Notes: a model not told the origin generated them from the letters alone. Counted from the stretch's first letter, positions 41,967 to 50,755 are shown. The stretch: DNA of 64,000 nucleotides from an uncultured Acidobacteriaceae bacterium (GCA_963817305.1 CAWFOD010000017.1:357821-421820), one strand, 5' to 3'. Translations and numbers: made by a program.

Positions 41967-42647
41967 TCAGTTTGCGGGTCCGGCAAACAGCAGCAGGTTC
42001 CCATCCGGATCCCTGACCACGAAATTCCTGGCGCCCCAGGGTTGCTTTTTCAACGTCTGATGAAAGGCAACCCCAGCGGAGCGAAACTCAAGAAACAGCA
42101 GTTTGATCTCCTCCGCGGTAGCGACCGTCATCGATGCCGACAACAGCTCCTCCCGATCACGGACCGTTGCCTCGATCACCGGTCGCTCGACGCATCGTAG
42201 ATTTAGATGCGCCGCGTCCCGTCTCACCTGGGCATAGAAGGGAGGCTTGCCATAACTGAATACCAGCGAAAAGCCTAATTTCCCACGGAAGAATTCGCAT
42301 GATCTCTCGATATCGGTGACCAGCAGTTGCGGCTCCGCACCAACAATCGTCGCTCTCGATGGCGATGACTTCTCCTTGAGCGTCGAAGTCGAAACTCCGC
42401 TCTTCAAGGCTTGCCAACTATCGAAGCCTTCCTGTCTTGCGACCACTTCCTGCGCATCACTGAGCTTAAAGCTCGCCGCAAGAATCTCGGAGTCAGCCAT
42501 ATTCTGGAAACGAGGCAAATACTTCCGGATTTGTGCGCCGACAGGATAGTGGCCTTCGCGGTGCCACCGCAATATGAGCTTGGCTTGCTTTTTGAGGTTT
42601 TCCAGATTGGGCATGTAGGCCTCCACGATGAGATCGTAGGTGGGCAT
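41967..42647 (-). CDS. VOC (glyoxalase/bleomycin-resistance) family protein
   Basis: 226 aa. The C-terminal half (PQLLVTDIERSCEFFRGKLGF...WGARNFVVRDPDGNLLLF) is a VOC fold. Confidence 0.7.
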   Translation of the reverse strand: MPTYDLIVEAYMPNLENLKKQAKLILRWHREGHYPVGAQIRKYLPRFQNMADSEILAASFKLSDAQEVVARQEGFDSWQALKSGVSTSTLKEKSSPSRATIVGAEPQLLVTDIERSCEFFRGKLGFSLVFSYGKPPFYAQVRRDAAHLNLRCVERPVIEATVRDREELLSASMTVATAEEIKLLFLEFRSAGVAFHQTLKKQPWGARNFVVRDPDGNLLLFAGPAN

Positions 42648-42766
42648 TGCCCTTCGGCGCTGTGCCGTTGCATCCTACATGCGCAGGTTGCAGTATCTGC
42701 GACGGTCTCAGGGGTTGTCAATTGAGAACGTCGCCCGGGAAGTATCATAGGTCGAGGAGTAAAGCC

Positions 42767-43327
42767 GTGACCAAGCGTCCACTCCGGGTTCAACCTCAAC
42801 TCGCCCAATCCGCAGTGCGGATCTTTGCCGCCAACGACCGCATGAATCAGATGCTCATTGATCATCTTGATCCTGCCGCCTGGCGGGCCAAACCGCCCGG
42901 TAACGTCCGCACCATTGCGGCGATCTTCACCCACATGCACAATGTTCGCACCAAGTGGATCAGGCTGACTGCACCGCACCTGAAGGTGCCCCCGCAGCTC
43001 AACCGCTCCCGCTGCACGCCGCCGCAGGCCCGCGCTGGATTAGCCGAAAGCGCCGCTCGCTGCTCGGAAATGATCGCCGAAGCCCTCAGTGGAGGCGGAG
43101 GTCGCGTTAAGGAGTTTTGCAGAGACGGCTGGGCCCAACCGTGGCCGGTTGGCCCGGAAATGCTCTGCTATATGCTCGCTCACGAGGCCCACCATCGCGG
43201 GCAGGTGAGCATGCTGGCCCATCAGTTCGGTTGTCCATTGCCGATGAAAGTGATGTCTGGACTCTGGAATTGGGAAAAGCTGTGGAAAGAATGCGGATTG
43301 TCCGGCGCCCCCGCCGGCCACTCTTAA
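42767..43327 (+). CDS. DinB family protein
   Basis: ORF 42647-43327. The GTG at 42767 follows a GAGGAG RBS. NDRMNQMLIDHL...IAAIFTHMHNVR...LAHEAHHRGQV is typical of the DinB four-helix bundle. Confidence 0.75.
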   Translation: MTKRPLRVQPQLAQSAVRIFAANDRMNQMLIDHLDPAAWRAKPPGNVRTIAAIFTHMHNVRTKWIRLTAPHLKVPPQLNRSRCTPPQARAGLAESAARCSEMIAEALSGGGGRVKEFCRDGWAQPWPVGPEMLCYMLAHEAHHRGQVSMLAHQFGCPLPMKVMSGLWNWEKLWKECGLSGAPAGHS

Positions 43328-43375
43328 GAAAGCCCAAACCGGGCGATGATGCGAAGATAGGTTCCCAACCTCAAC

Positions 43376-43822
43376 TCAATGCAGCACCGGCGTCGCCGAG
43401 GCCGACACGCAAACCCAGCTACCGTTTTTCTTCATCCAGGTGTCAACGAATCGGTCCTGCCGCACGTACGCCTTCCCGCCTTTTATCCCCTTCGACCGAA
43501 ACACGCCAGTTGCGATTGCCACATCTCCTTGTACATGCACATTGATCGATTCTGGCGTGACCTGCTCTTCTTCGGAGGCCTTGGCAGAATGAATCAGATT
43601 CAGGAAATCCGTCTTGGTCTGCAGGCTCCCGTCGTCGTTGATGAGGACGATATCGTCAGCCAGTATGCCATCGACAGCCTTTGCGTCCCGAAGCTTGAAC
43701 GCCTGGTTCCAGGCCTTTTCCATGGCGACAATTTTCGACGTCACCATCACAGAATCATCCTGAGCCCAAGCACTCACGCCCACGCTTATCAGTATGACGA
43801 TACCCAAACACCAAGCTTTCAT
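43376..43822 (-). CDS. DUF4440 / SnoaL-like (NTF2 fold) secreted protein
   Basis: 148 aa with a signal peptide (MKAWCLGIVILISVGVSAWA). AMEKAWNQAFKLRDAKAVDGILADDIVLIN...DTWMKKNGSWVCV. Confidence 0.7.
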   Translation of the reverse strand: MKAWCLGIVILISVGVSAWAQDDSVMVTSKIVAMEKAWNQAFKLRDAKAVDGILADDIVLINDDGSLQTKTDFLNLIHSAKASEEEQVTPESINVHVQGDVAIATGVFRSKGIKGGKAYVRQDRFVDTWMKKNGSWVCVSASATPVLH

Positions 43823-44110
43823 CTTGGACTCCGTTTGTGCCCAATCCGAGTATGGCGGTAAATGCTGATTTTGGGAACGATCCAGCAGTCGTTAAGCACT
43901 CGAAAGTAACGGCCCATCCGTGCAGATCTCTTCTAAGAGGGGTGGCCCACCCTTGCGCCTTTTGCAAGGGTGGGGATTCCCGAACCTGTCCAGTTTTTGA
44001 TTTCCCTTGCTGGTCCGGTCATCGGAGGCTTGAGGTCTGACCCGTGATCGCTCAGCAGAGCGGAATGCCATCCTTTCGCAAAAACCGCGAAAGGATGGGC
44101 CACCCGCCCT

Positions 44111-45000
44111 TGTCATCCTGAGGCAGGAGTCCTCGGCTACGCCGAGGACTCCCAACGAAGGACCTATGCAATTCGCCGACAGCACACAAGCTGGCGGGCA
44201 GCCTCACACGCGCTTCCATTTCCACGACCGAGGCTGCCCCACTCGTCGCGCTTTTCGACGAGTGGGAACCACGGACCTCAAAGTTCCGTTTCCGTCGCCA
44301 CCACAAGCGCCTGGGGCGGCCAATGAATATTCATGCGACTTCAGCCGACGCCCATTCTTCCGCATCTTGATTAACCACAATTGTCATCCTGAGGCAGCGG
44401 AGTCCTCGGCTACGCCGAGGACTCCCAACGAAGGACCTATGCAACTCGCCGACAGCACACAAGCTGGCGGCCCGCCTCACACGCGCTTCCATTTCCACGC
44501 CCGAGGCTGCCCCACTCGTCGCGTTTTTCGACGAGTGGGAACCACGGACCTCAAAGTTCCGTTTCCGTCGCCACCACAAGCGCCTGGGGCGGCCAATGAA
44601 TATTCATGCGACTTCAGCCGACGCCCATTCTTCCGCATCTTGATTAACCACAATTGTCATCCTGAGGCAGCGGAGTCCTCGGCTACGCCGAGGACTCCCA
44701 ATGAAGGACCTATGCAACTCGCCGACAGCACACAAGCTGGCGGGCAGCCTCACGCGCGCTTCCATTTCCACGCCCGAGGCTGCCCCACTCGTCGCGTTTT
44801 TCGACGAGTGGGAACCACGGACCTCAAAGTTCCGTTTCCGTCGCCACCACAAGCGCCTGGGGCGGCCAATGAATATTCATGTGGCTTCAACCGACGCATT
44901 CTTTCGCGTGTCGACCAACGCCGATTGTCATCCTGAGGCAGCGGAGTCCTCGGCTACGCCGAGGACTCCCAACGAAGGACCTATGCAATTCGCCGAGGCA
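44111..45000. repeat. tandem array of three ~271-273-bp units, each with two long hairpins
   Basis: The module tgtcatcctgaggcag..ggagtcctcggctacgccgaggactcccaacgaaggacctatgcaa recurs at 44111, 44382, 44655 and 44926. Each unit also carries cccactcgtcgcg(c)ttttcgacgagtggg. Related single hairpins lie at 43940-44105. Confidence 0.9.
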
Positions 45001-45214
45001 CTCCTGAGGCCTCGGAGAATATCTCCCGCATTAGTGGAATGTCTGGCTGAATGACTGGATCATGCTTCAAGCGGTAGAGGAGAAAGTTTTCATTAGCATC
45101 CAGCTCTATGACAATGGGCTGGGGCTGAGCACTGTAGGCGGCGAGAATGCCATCCAATTCTCTGAGACGCTTCTCGGCCCACTGTAATTTCAGGAAAACT
45201 GGATTGTCCGGCAC
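44981..45214 (-). CDS. hypothetical protein, possibly a gene remnant running into the repeat array
   Basis: 77-aa ORF. Its last ~10 codons are encoded by repeat-array sequence. Confidence 0.25.
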   Translation of the reverse strand: MPDNPVFLKLQWAEKRLRELDGILAAYSAQPQPIVIELDANENFLLYRLKHDPVIQPDIPLMREIFSEASGVPRRIA

Positions 45215-45295
45215 AACCTCAGGCTATGACGGCGCGGCCACGTCCGTAAAGTAAATAGCTATCCCAAAAAGAATATAGGGATAGACGGGAATTTT

Positions 45296-45332
45296 CCAAA
45301 AAGCCAAAGCCCCGAGTATCGCTCGGGGCTTC
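45296..45332 (-). terminator. rho-independent terminator (minus strand)
   Basis: Minus strand reads AGCCCCGAG-CGATA-CTCGGGGCT followed by TTGGCTTTTTGG. It lies outside the left inverted repeat of the IS1-like element. Confidence 0.5.
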
Positions 45333-45437
45333 GAGATACCAGACGACGTTCGCCAAACACCTTTTATGATAAACAGAGCAATTGAAATGTCAAACGACGG
45401 AGAAATTCGGTAGTGGGCTGTTTTGAATTTATTGGTT

Positions 45438-45833
45438 TTAGCTTGGCTTCGGGAACAGGTAATTGACCACGATGTATCCTAGACCCAAAACGTCGGCAGT
45501 GGTAGTTCCTATGAAAGCGATTAGAACCGAATTATCGAGATGAAAACCCAAAACATGAAAACCTAAAACATGAAAACCTTCCAACATCAGAACGGCCACT
45601 ACTGAGATGAGCCATCCAGCGCAGAGAGGGAAAAGCTTTTTTGCCCAGCGGTCGCGATGTCCAGTGTTTACACTGAGCGCATTATTCTCTAGGCGTAGCC
45701 TATCCAATTCTATCTTTTGGGTTTCAATCTGGTAGAACTCCCCGGCCGCTGGCGCAGCCGGGGCCACAACGATGCTATCGACCGTGAGGGCGGCGGGTTG
45801 ATTACCCTCTAACGGCGACTGGTTGTCTGTCAT
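45438..45833 (-). CDS. small membrane protein, candidate toxin partner of the Panacea-domain protein
   Basis: 131 aa. Its start overlaps the upstream gene by 32 nt. Two C-terminal hydrophobic helices. Internal 15-bp x3 repeat (GFHVLGFHVLGFHL). Confidence 0.5.
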   Translation of the reverse strand: MTDNQSPLEGNQPAALTVDSIVVAPAAPAAGEFYQIETQKIELDRLRLENNALSVNTGHRDRWAKKLFPLCAGWLISVVAVLMLEGFHVLGFHVLGFHLDNSVLIAFIGTTTADVLGLGYIVVNYLFPKPS

Positions 45834-46335
45834 GCTGGGATGCGGCGAGTCGCTCGAAATATTCCTTTATCACGTTGTCCGGAATATCCGTATTGCGAAC
45901 GTCCCTGTCGTAAACCTGACTCCACGGCGAATTTTCCGCGTGAGTCATGCTCGATAATTGACTGGCTGAATAACGACCATACAACTGCCAGACCCTAGCG
46001 ATGATTTGACGGGCGAGCATGTCTCGCGCAGGATCACCGCTATTAAGGCGATAGGCTCTAGTGACTACCTGTCCGTTCTCGAAATAAGCTTCGCCTGCTG
46101 GCGATGTGATTGGTCCACTCCCGTAACGCCTGAACTCGCTATACAGAGAAGGGATCACAGGCCCCCATTGCCACGCTTCGACACGTTCATCAAGAAGCCG
46201 TTCTCCAGTAATTGCCATGTACCAGCCGTAGGCAAAATAAACCAGCTTTTGCAACTGCATTGGAGTGAGCTGTTTGCCTTCGTTCTTGGCGAGCTCTAGG
46301 AACTCATTAGCTACTTGTTTTGAGGTGTACGGCAT
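45802..46335 (-). CDS. Panacea (DUF4065, SocA/GepA-like) domain antitoxin-type protein
   Basis: 177 aa. MPYTSKQVANEFLELAKNEGKQLTPMQLQKLVYFAYGWYMAITGERLLDERVEAWQWGPVIPSLYSEFRRYG matches the DUF4065 pattern closely. Confidence 0.8.
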   Translation of the reverse strand: MPYTSKQVANEFLELAKNEGKQLTPMQLQKLVYFAYGWYMAITGERLLDERVEAWQWGPVIPSLYSEFRRYGSGPITSPAGEAYFENGQVVTRAYRLNSGDPARDMLARQIIARVWQLYGRYSASQLSSMTHAENSPWSQVYDRDVRNTDIPDNVIKEYFERLAASQHDRQPVAVRG

Positions 46336-46458
46336 AACACGGTCTCCATCAGGTTAGATGGTGGAAGGGGAGCGAGAGATGCTACGCATGGCCAATGGCG
46401 GAAGCACCCGCTGAAGGGAGCCTACCACTAAATACTAAAACTGTCATCAATTTTTTAT

Positions 46459-47312
46459 TCATGCGGCTTTTAGCGTTGCAGTCGAACGTAGATGTACCAA
46501 TTCCCCCAAACTCCAAACGTGGTCCGCGAGGCCCGCTTCCATCGCAGGAGTGCCCCGCAATGTTTGATGAATGCGGCAAAAATTGTAGTACACATGATAG
46601 ATGGCAACCATATGGCAGTGGTTTTCAAACTTCTTCGAAAATGCCTTCGTCAAGCGTGTAAACCGTCGGACACCCATCCGCAAATTGAGATTTTGCCTCC
46701 CCACATAACTCGTGGAAATGTACTGGCGATCAGGGTCACCGCTCAAGATACCAGTGCAAATACCAATGCACTGCGCAGGGCTGTAGCGGCTATCAGGATT
46801 ATCGGCGGGAGAGCCGTACAACTTTATCAGCATCGCGTAATCCACTTCATTCCGAAAGCACCTTCGACAGCTTCCGCGTAAGCGCGGTGACCGTCAGTCG
46901 TGATCTGAATGCGCGTGGTCACACGCGACGCCAAATCCTCCATGAATTTGCAGGCCCACGACGCATCGCGCCCGCCACACAGGTACGAGAGAATCAGCTT
47001 GGAATCTGCGTCAATCGCGGTCCAAGTCCATACGCTCCCTGCTCCCGCTCCTTGCTTTGATTCAGGAACGTTCTTCTCTTTCGCGTAGCAGAAACTCCAC
47101 ACTTCATCACATTGCACGCGCTGGACGCGGACGCCACGCACTGCAGAATCGTGAAACGCCGCGCACGCCGCGCCCATGTCACGAATGAGTTTGAGAACCG
47201 CGTCCTTACAGACGCCAGTCATACGCACCGTGGAACGGATGCTGTTTCCCTCTATCAAGGCTCCGATTACCTGTGGGCGACGTTCATTTGTTAGGCGGTT
47301 CATGACAATCAT
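46459..47312 (-). pseudogene. IS1-family-like DDE transposase, split by a frameshift near 46845-46855
   Basis: ORF 46827-47312 has an HTH, then ..VQCDEVWSFCYAKEKNV..WTWTAIDADSKL..ITTDGHRAYAEAVEGAFG. ORF 46459-46845 has ..DYAMLIKLYG..RQNLNLRMGVRRFTRLTKAFSKKFENH... One base is missing relative to an intact frame. Confidence 0.75.
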
Positions 47313-47366
47313 TATGCTTGAGCGTTAAAGCAATGTCAAGCACAATCGCAGTTTGTTATAGGTTTA

Positions 47367-47396
47367 TTGACAATGTACCCCTTAAAGTGATATGAT
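47367..47396 (+). promoter_or_regulatory. sigma70-like promoter
   Basis: TTGACA (47367-47372), 18-nt spacer, TATGAT (47391-47396). It faces the 47631 gene. Confidence 0.35.
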
Positions 47397-47630
47397 TTAG
47401 AAATACTAAGGGCCATCGACCCTGGATAGGCTTGCCGGCATGCCCAGAGCGAATGGCCCGAAAGGTGGTTCAGATGATAAGAAGTTTCGCCCCTAAAAAG
47501 GGCTAAGGGCAAAGGAAACTCCCTACACGATCTGCCAGAGCGGGGGCGTTCCAGACGTGGTGCGTCCCCCAATTTGGCTTTATCAAATATACCACGAAAC
47601 GGGCCGATTTTCAATAACGAGGTTAAGGTC

Positions 47631-48167
47631 ATGAGCAACGAACAGAATCCATTTGAAGCTGCAATTGCCGCGCTAGAAGCACGTCGTGCGCAGGTTAATG
47701 CGGAGATCGATGCGGACGTTGCCAAGCTGCGCGAGATCGGAGAACGCATGTCTGGTATGGCCCTAACATCTGGTGCAACGCCGAGCACGCCAGCCAAGAT
47801 CGAAAAGGACACGTTTTTCAATATGACGTTGCCAGATGCTGCCAAGAAGTTTCTCGCAATGTCTAACAGGAAGACGCAAACTACGAATGCGATTATTGAC
47901 GCCCTTGAAAAGGGTGGCCTGAAAAAGACTACCTATGCATCGATGTACGCTAGCCTGAGCCGTCGCGAAAATAATGTAGGCGACATCGTGAACGTAAATG
48001 GCGACTGGGGGCTTCCTGAGTGGTACGGGGCTAAACCAAAACCCAAAAAACGCAGTGCTGTGTCACTTAACCCTAAAGACTTCGAGGACGACGACGCGGC
48101 GATTGCAGAACAACACGACCAGCAGCTACGAGACGAGGAAGAATTGAAGGTCAACACTGAAACCTAG
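47631..48167 (+). CDS. hypothetical protein (cargo of the IS1-like element)
   Basis: ORF 47574-48167. ATG at 47631 after a GAGG RBS (MSNEQNPFEAAIAALEARRAQ..). Acidic C-terminus. Confidence 0.5.
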   Translation: MSNEQNPFEAAIAALEARRAQVNAEIDADVAKLREIGERMSGMALTSGATPSTPAKIEKDTFFNMTLPDAAKKFLAMSNRKTQTTNAIIDALEKGGLKKTTYASMYASLSRRENNVGDIVNVNGDWGLPEWYGAKPKPKKRSAVSLNPKDFEDDDAAIAEQHDQQLRDEEELKVNTET

Positions 48168-48403
48168 CTCGGCTCGGCCTTTTCCGCCTTCCACCTTACC
48201 CTAGCAGCTTGGCTTGCAATCTCCCTTTTGCGCTCGGGACTCAGTTTTTCCGCTCGGCGTTTTCCGCCGACCTTTCCGCCTAGCTTCCCGAGGGCTACAG
48301 CCGCCGGATTCTTTTTCTTAGCCTTCAATGGTGCGCCTGTCGCGATCTCCACAACCCTCAGCGCATTCTGTGCGAAATCTCTCTTGCTTGACCGTTTAAC
48401 CAT
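48164..48403 (-). CDS. small basic protein (79 aa), phage/plasmid-type KGG..RW tail
   Basis: NPAAVALGKLGGKVGGKRRAEKLSPERKREIASQAARVRW is a motif I recall from mobile-element proteins; this is from memory only. Confidence 0.45.
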   Translation of the reverse strand: MVKRSSKRDFAQNALRVVEIATGAPLKAKKKNPAAVALGKLGGKVGGKRRAEKLSPERKREIASQAARVRWKAEKAEPS

Positions 48404-48511
48404 GATTCAGTTTCCCAGACTTACATTGCTACGCGCAACACTAATCTGGCTAAAATTCAAAACAGCCCACTACCAGAAATTCGGAAACGCGTTTCGTCGC
48501 ATAATCGTGTC

Positions 48512-48544
48512 CGTGAAATAAAACGGGCCGCCCGAAGGCGGCCC
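48512..48544 (-). terminator. rho-independent terminator downstream of the 727-aa radical SAM gene
   Basis: GGGCCGCC-CGAA-GGCGGCCC (48525-48544). On the minus strand it is followed by GTTTTATTT. Confidence 0.6.
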
Positions 48545-48571
48545 GATAGCTTTTAAGTTAGAATCTGCCTC

Positions 48572-50755
48572 TCAATCCCCCGCCACCGGCTCACCCACTT
48601 CCGGTTTCGGAGCTGCAGCGATTCCACCGTTCGGCTTGCCCAACGCGCCCAGCGGAATAAATCCATTTTCCGCCACCGCAGGTTTTTCTTTCAGCACAAC
48701 TTCACGATACAGCGAAGCCATGCGCGCGTTGTAAGCCTCATCATTTTTCTGCGGTCCGCGATGTCCCGGAATCGGAGTCTCGGAGTGATCGACCGCCAAA
48801 GCCGCCTTCGCATCCCGTGCCCGCTTCTTCTCCTCGCGCGCATTCTTCGCGATGCCCAGCTTGTCGAGATCGTGCTGCAGTTCGTTGGTGACGATGTCCT
48901 CACGCAACAGCAGCGAGTGCGCCTCGTCCTCCATCTTCACTTTCTTTCCGCCGGCAAAAATCTCGTGCCGTCCATGCTCTTCGTACCACTTGGTAAGCGT
49001 GGCCGTCATGTGCATCTTCTCGATAATGTTTCTCCAGCCCACGCCCGTGTTGTAAGCGCAGAATGAAATCTCGCCCTCCTGCGTCGCATAAGGAATAATG
49101 CACTGCTCGGTTCTGCGGAAGTCATAGTTGAACAAATCCTGGAACCACATTCCCGCGATGAACAGGAAATTCCAGCGATCGGTTGTACGCCGCTTCATCA
49201 CATCCTCGACCGTCCGGTCCGGCCCAACTTTGCCGTAGTTCTTTCCCGTGATGTGATAGTTCTTGTCGAACTTCTTCAGCAGATCCATCAGCTTGAAATG
49301 TGTCGGCGATTGGAACGGATCGTAATTCTTCATCAGGCACAGCGCCATGCCAAACCCGGTCAAGAATTTTCCGCGCGACGCATCGTTCACCTTGGCGATG
49401 TCTTTCGCCAGTTGATCCCCCGCCAAAAACGCGGTCACCGGCACGGCCTCTTTGGTTTCCTTATCAATCATCACCGCCATCCCCGTCCCGCAATTCGGGT
49501 GACAACCGCAGGATAGTTGGCCCCAGTCGTTTTTTGCGTCGTTGGCGTGCATTAGATCTGCCCAGTCGCTGAATGTTCCCATGAAGGAAATGGGGAACCA
49601 GTCGCGGCTGGGTTCGCCTAATCCGGTTTGATTTTTTACGTCGTGCGCCAGGTGAGAGAGCGTGTAGCGCTGGGCCTGGCGGCGATCGTCGGTGACGGCT
49701 TCGTCGCGTCCGGTGAAGCTTACTGGTTGGAAACTCAGGAAGCTGATCGTCTTCGGATTGTCGAGCGCGAACTTGATGATGCGTCCGACTTGTTCGTTGT
49801 TGATGCCGTTAACTATGGTTACGACCGGAACGATTTCTACTCCGGCTTTGTGCAAGTTCTCGATCGCTTTTAATTTCACATCGAACAAATTTCCGACCAT
49901 GCGGTGCGCGTTGGCAGCGTTTCCGATGCCATCGAATTGCAAGTACGCGTAACGCATTCCTGCTTCGACTGCCTGCTGGCAGAATTCAAAACTTTTTGCG
50001 AATTCAATTCCATTCGTTGCTGCTTGCACGGAGTTGTATCCGACTTTGCGCGCGTAGCGCACGGCGTCCAGGAAATATGGAGACAACGTAGGCTCGCCGC
50101 CGGAAAACTGAACGCTCATCTGACGTCGCGGCTTGATGGTAATCGCGTTGTCGAGCATCGTCTTGATTTCTTCCCACTGCAGTTCGTGTACGAAGCCGAC
50201 CTGGTTTGCGTCCATGAAGCAGGGATCGCACATCATGTTGCAGCGGTTGGTGAGATCGATGGTCAGCACGGAGCCGCGTCCATACTTCACGGTGGAGGAA
50301 CCGTGATGGTGAAGCTTCTCGTCGTTATGCGCGACGATGTCGCGTCCGGGGAAAACATCTTCGAGATGCTTCGAGAAATCGGTGTCGATCGACATCACGT
50401 CTTCGAAGTGGCCGTGCTTCGGACAATCTTTCACCATCAGAATTTTTCCGTCGCGCTCGACGATGGTGGCCTTGATCTCGCCGATTTTTTCGTTCATCAA
50501 GACTTCGTGCGGAAGTTTGCCATCGAGAATCTGCTGACGGATTTCGGGCACACACTTCGGGCAAAGAGAATCGGTGGAGCGCGGCCAGCCGAGCGGCGGC
50601 TTGGATTTTTCGTAGGACTTGAGCAGAGGCTTGTCGGACCATTTCGGGGTTGGGGACGCACCTGGGTTGATGCGGTTCAAACGATCGAACACTACCCAAG
50701 CGCCTTTGGCGGCGACTGTGACTGCTTTCTCTACGTACTTAATCGGCTTGCGCAT
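48572..50755 (-). CDS. radical SAM protein, tetraether-lipid-synthase (Tes / GDGT-MAS, COG1964)-like
   Basis: 727 aa. N-terminal Zn-ribbon-like TDSLCPKC...VKDCPKHGHFED, then IDLTNRCNMMCDPCF (CxxxCxxC) and VQFSGGEPTLSP..ATNGIEFAK. The radical SAM call is firm; the Tes-like call rests on my recollection of the family pattern. Confidence 0.75.
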   Translation of the reverse strand: MRKPIKYVEKAVTVAAKGAWVVFDRLNRINPGASPTPKWSDKPLLKSYEKSKPPLGWPRSTDSLCPKCVPEIRQQILDGKLPHEVLMNEKIGEIKATIVERDGKILMVKDCPKHGHFEDVMSIDTDFSKHLEDVFPGRDIVAHNDEKLHHHGSSTVKYGRGSVLTIDLTNRCNMMCDPCFMDANQVGFVHELQWEEIKTMLDNAITIKPRRQMSVQFSGGEPTLSPYFLDAVRYARKVGYNSVQAATNGIEFAKSFEFCQQAVEAGMRYAYLQFDGIGNAANAHRMVGNLFDVKLKAIENLHKAGVEIVPVVTIVNGINNEQVGRIIKFALDNPKTISFLSFQPVSFTGRDEAVTDDRRQAQRYTLSHLAHDVKNQTGLGEPSRDWFPISFMGTFSDWADLMHANDAKNDWGQLSCGCHPNCGTGMAVMIDKETKEAVPVTAFLAGDQLAKDIAKVNDASRGKFLTGFGMALCLMKNYDPFQSPTHFKLMDLLKKFDKNYHITGKNYGKVGPDRTVEDVMKRRTTDRWNFLFIAGMWFQDLFNYDFRRTEQCIIPYATQEGEISFCAYNTGVGWRNIIEKMHMTATLTKWYEEHGRHEIFAGGKKVKMEDEAHSLLLREDIVTNELQHDLDKLGIAKNAREEKKRARDAKAALAVDHSETPIPGHRGPQKNDEAYNARMASLYREVVLKEKPAVAENGFIPLGALGKPNGGIAAAPKPEVGEPVAGD

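Larger units (their letters stand above)
45409..48474. mobile_element. IS1-family-like transposable element with cargo (3,066 bp)
   Basis: Perfect 22-bp terminal inverted repeats: GGTAGTGGGCTGTTTTGAATTT at 45409-45430 and its reverse complement at 48453-48474. They are flanked by the 8-bp direct repeat AGAAATTC (45401-45408 and 48475-48482). Internal DDE transposase gene; GC visibly lower than the flanks. Confidence 0.8.

Noticed and set aside
44166-44936. 256-aa plus-strand ORF and three 82-84-aa minus-strand ORFs covering the tandem array
   Set aside because: Their sequences are just the ~272-bp repeat read through three times. The DNA is dominated by perfect hairpins typical of REP-like noncoding elements, and no start context or domain is visible.
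46827-46855. Programmed -1 ribosomal frameshift of the IS1 type in the transposase
   Set aside because: There is no slippery A6C-like heptamer at the junction (GGAATGAAGTGGATTAC). The break also falls inside the catalytic domain, not between an InsA-like and an InsB-like part. It is more likely a mutation or a sequence error.
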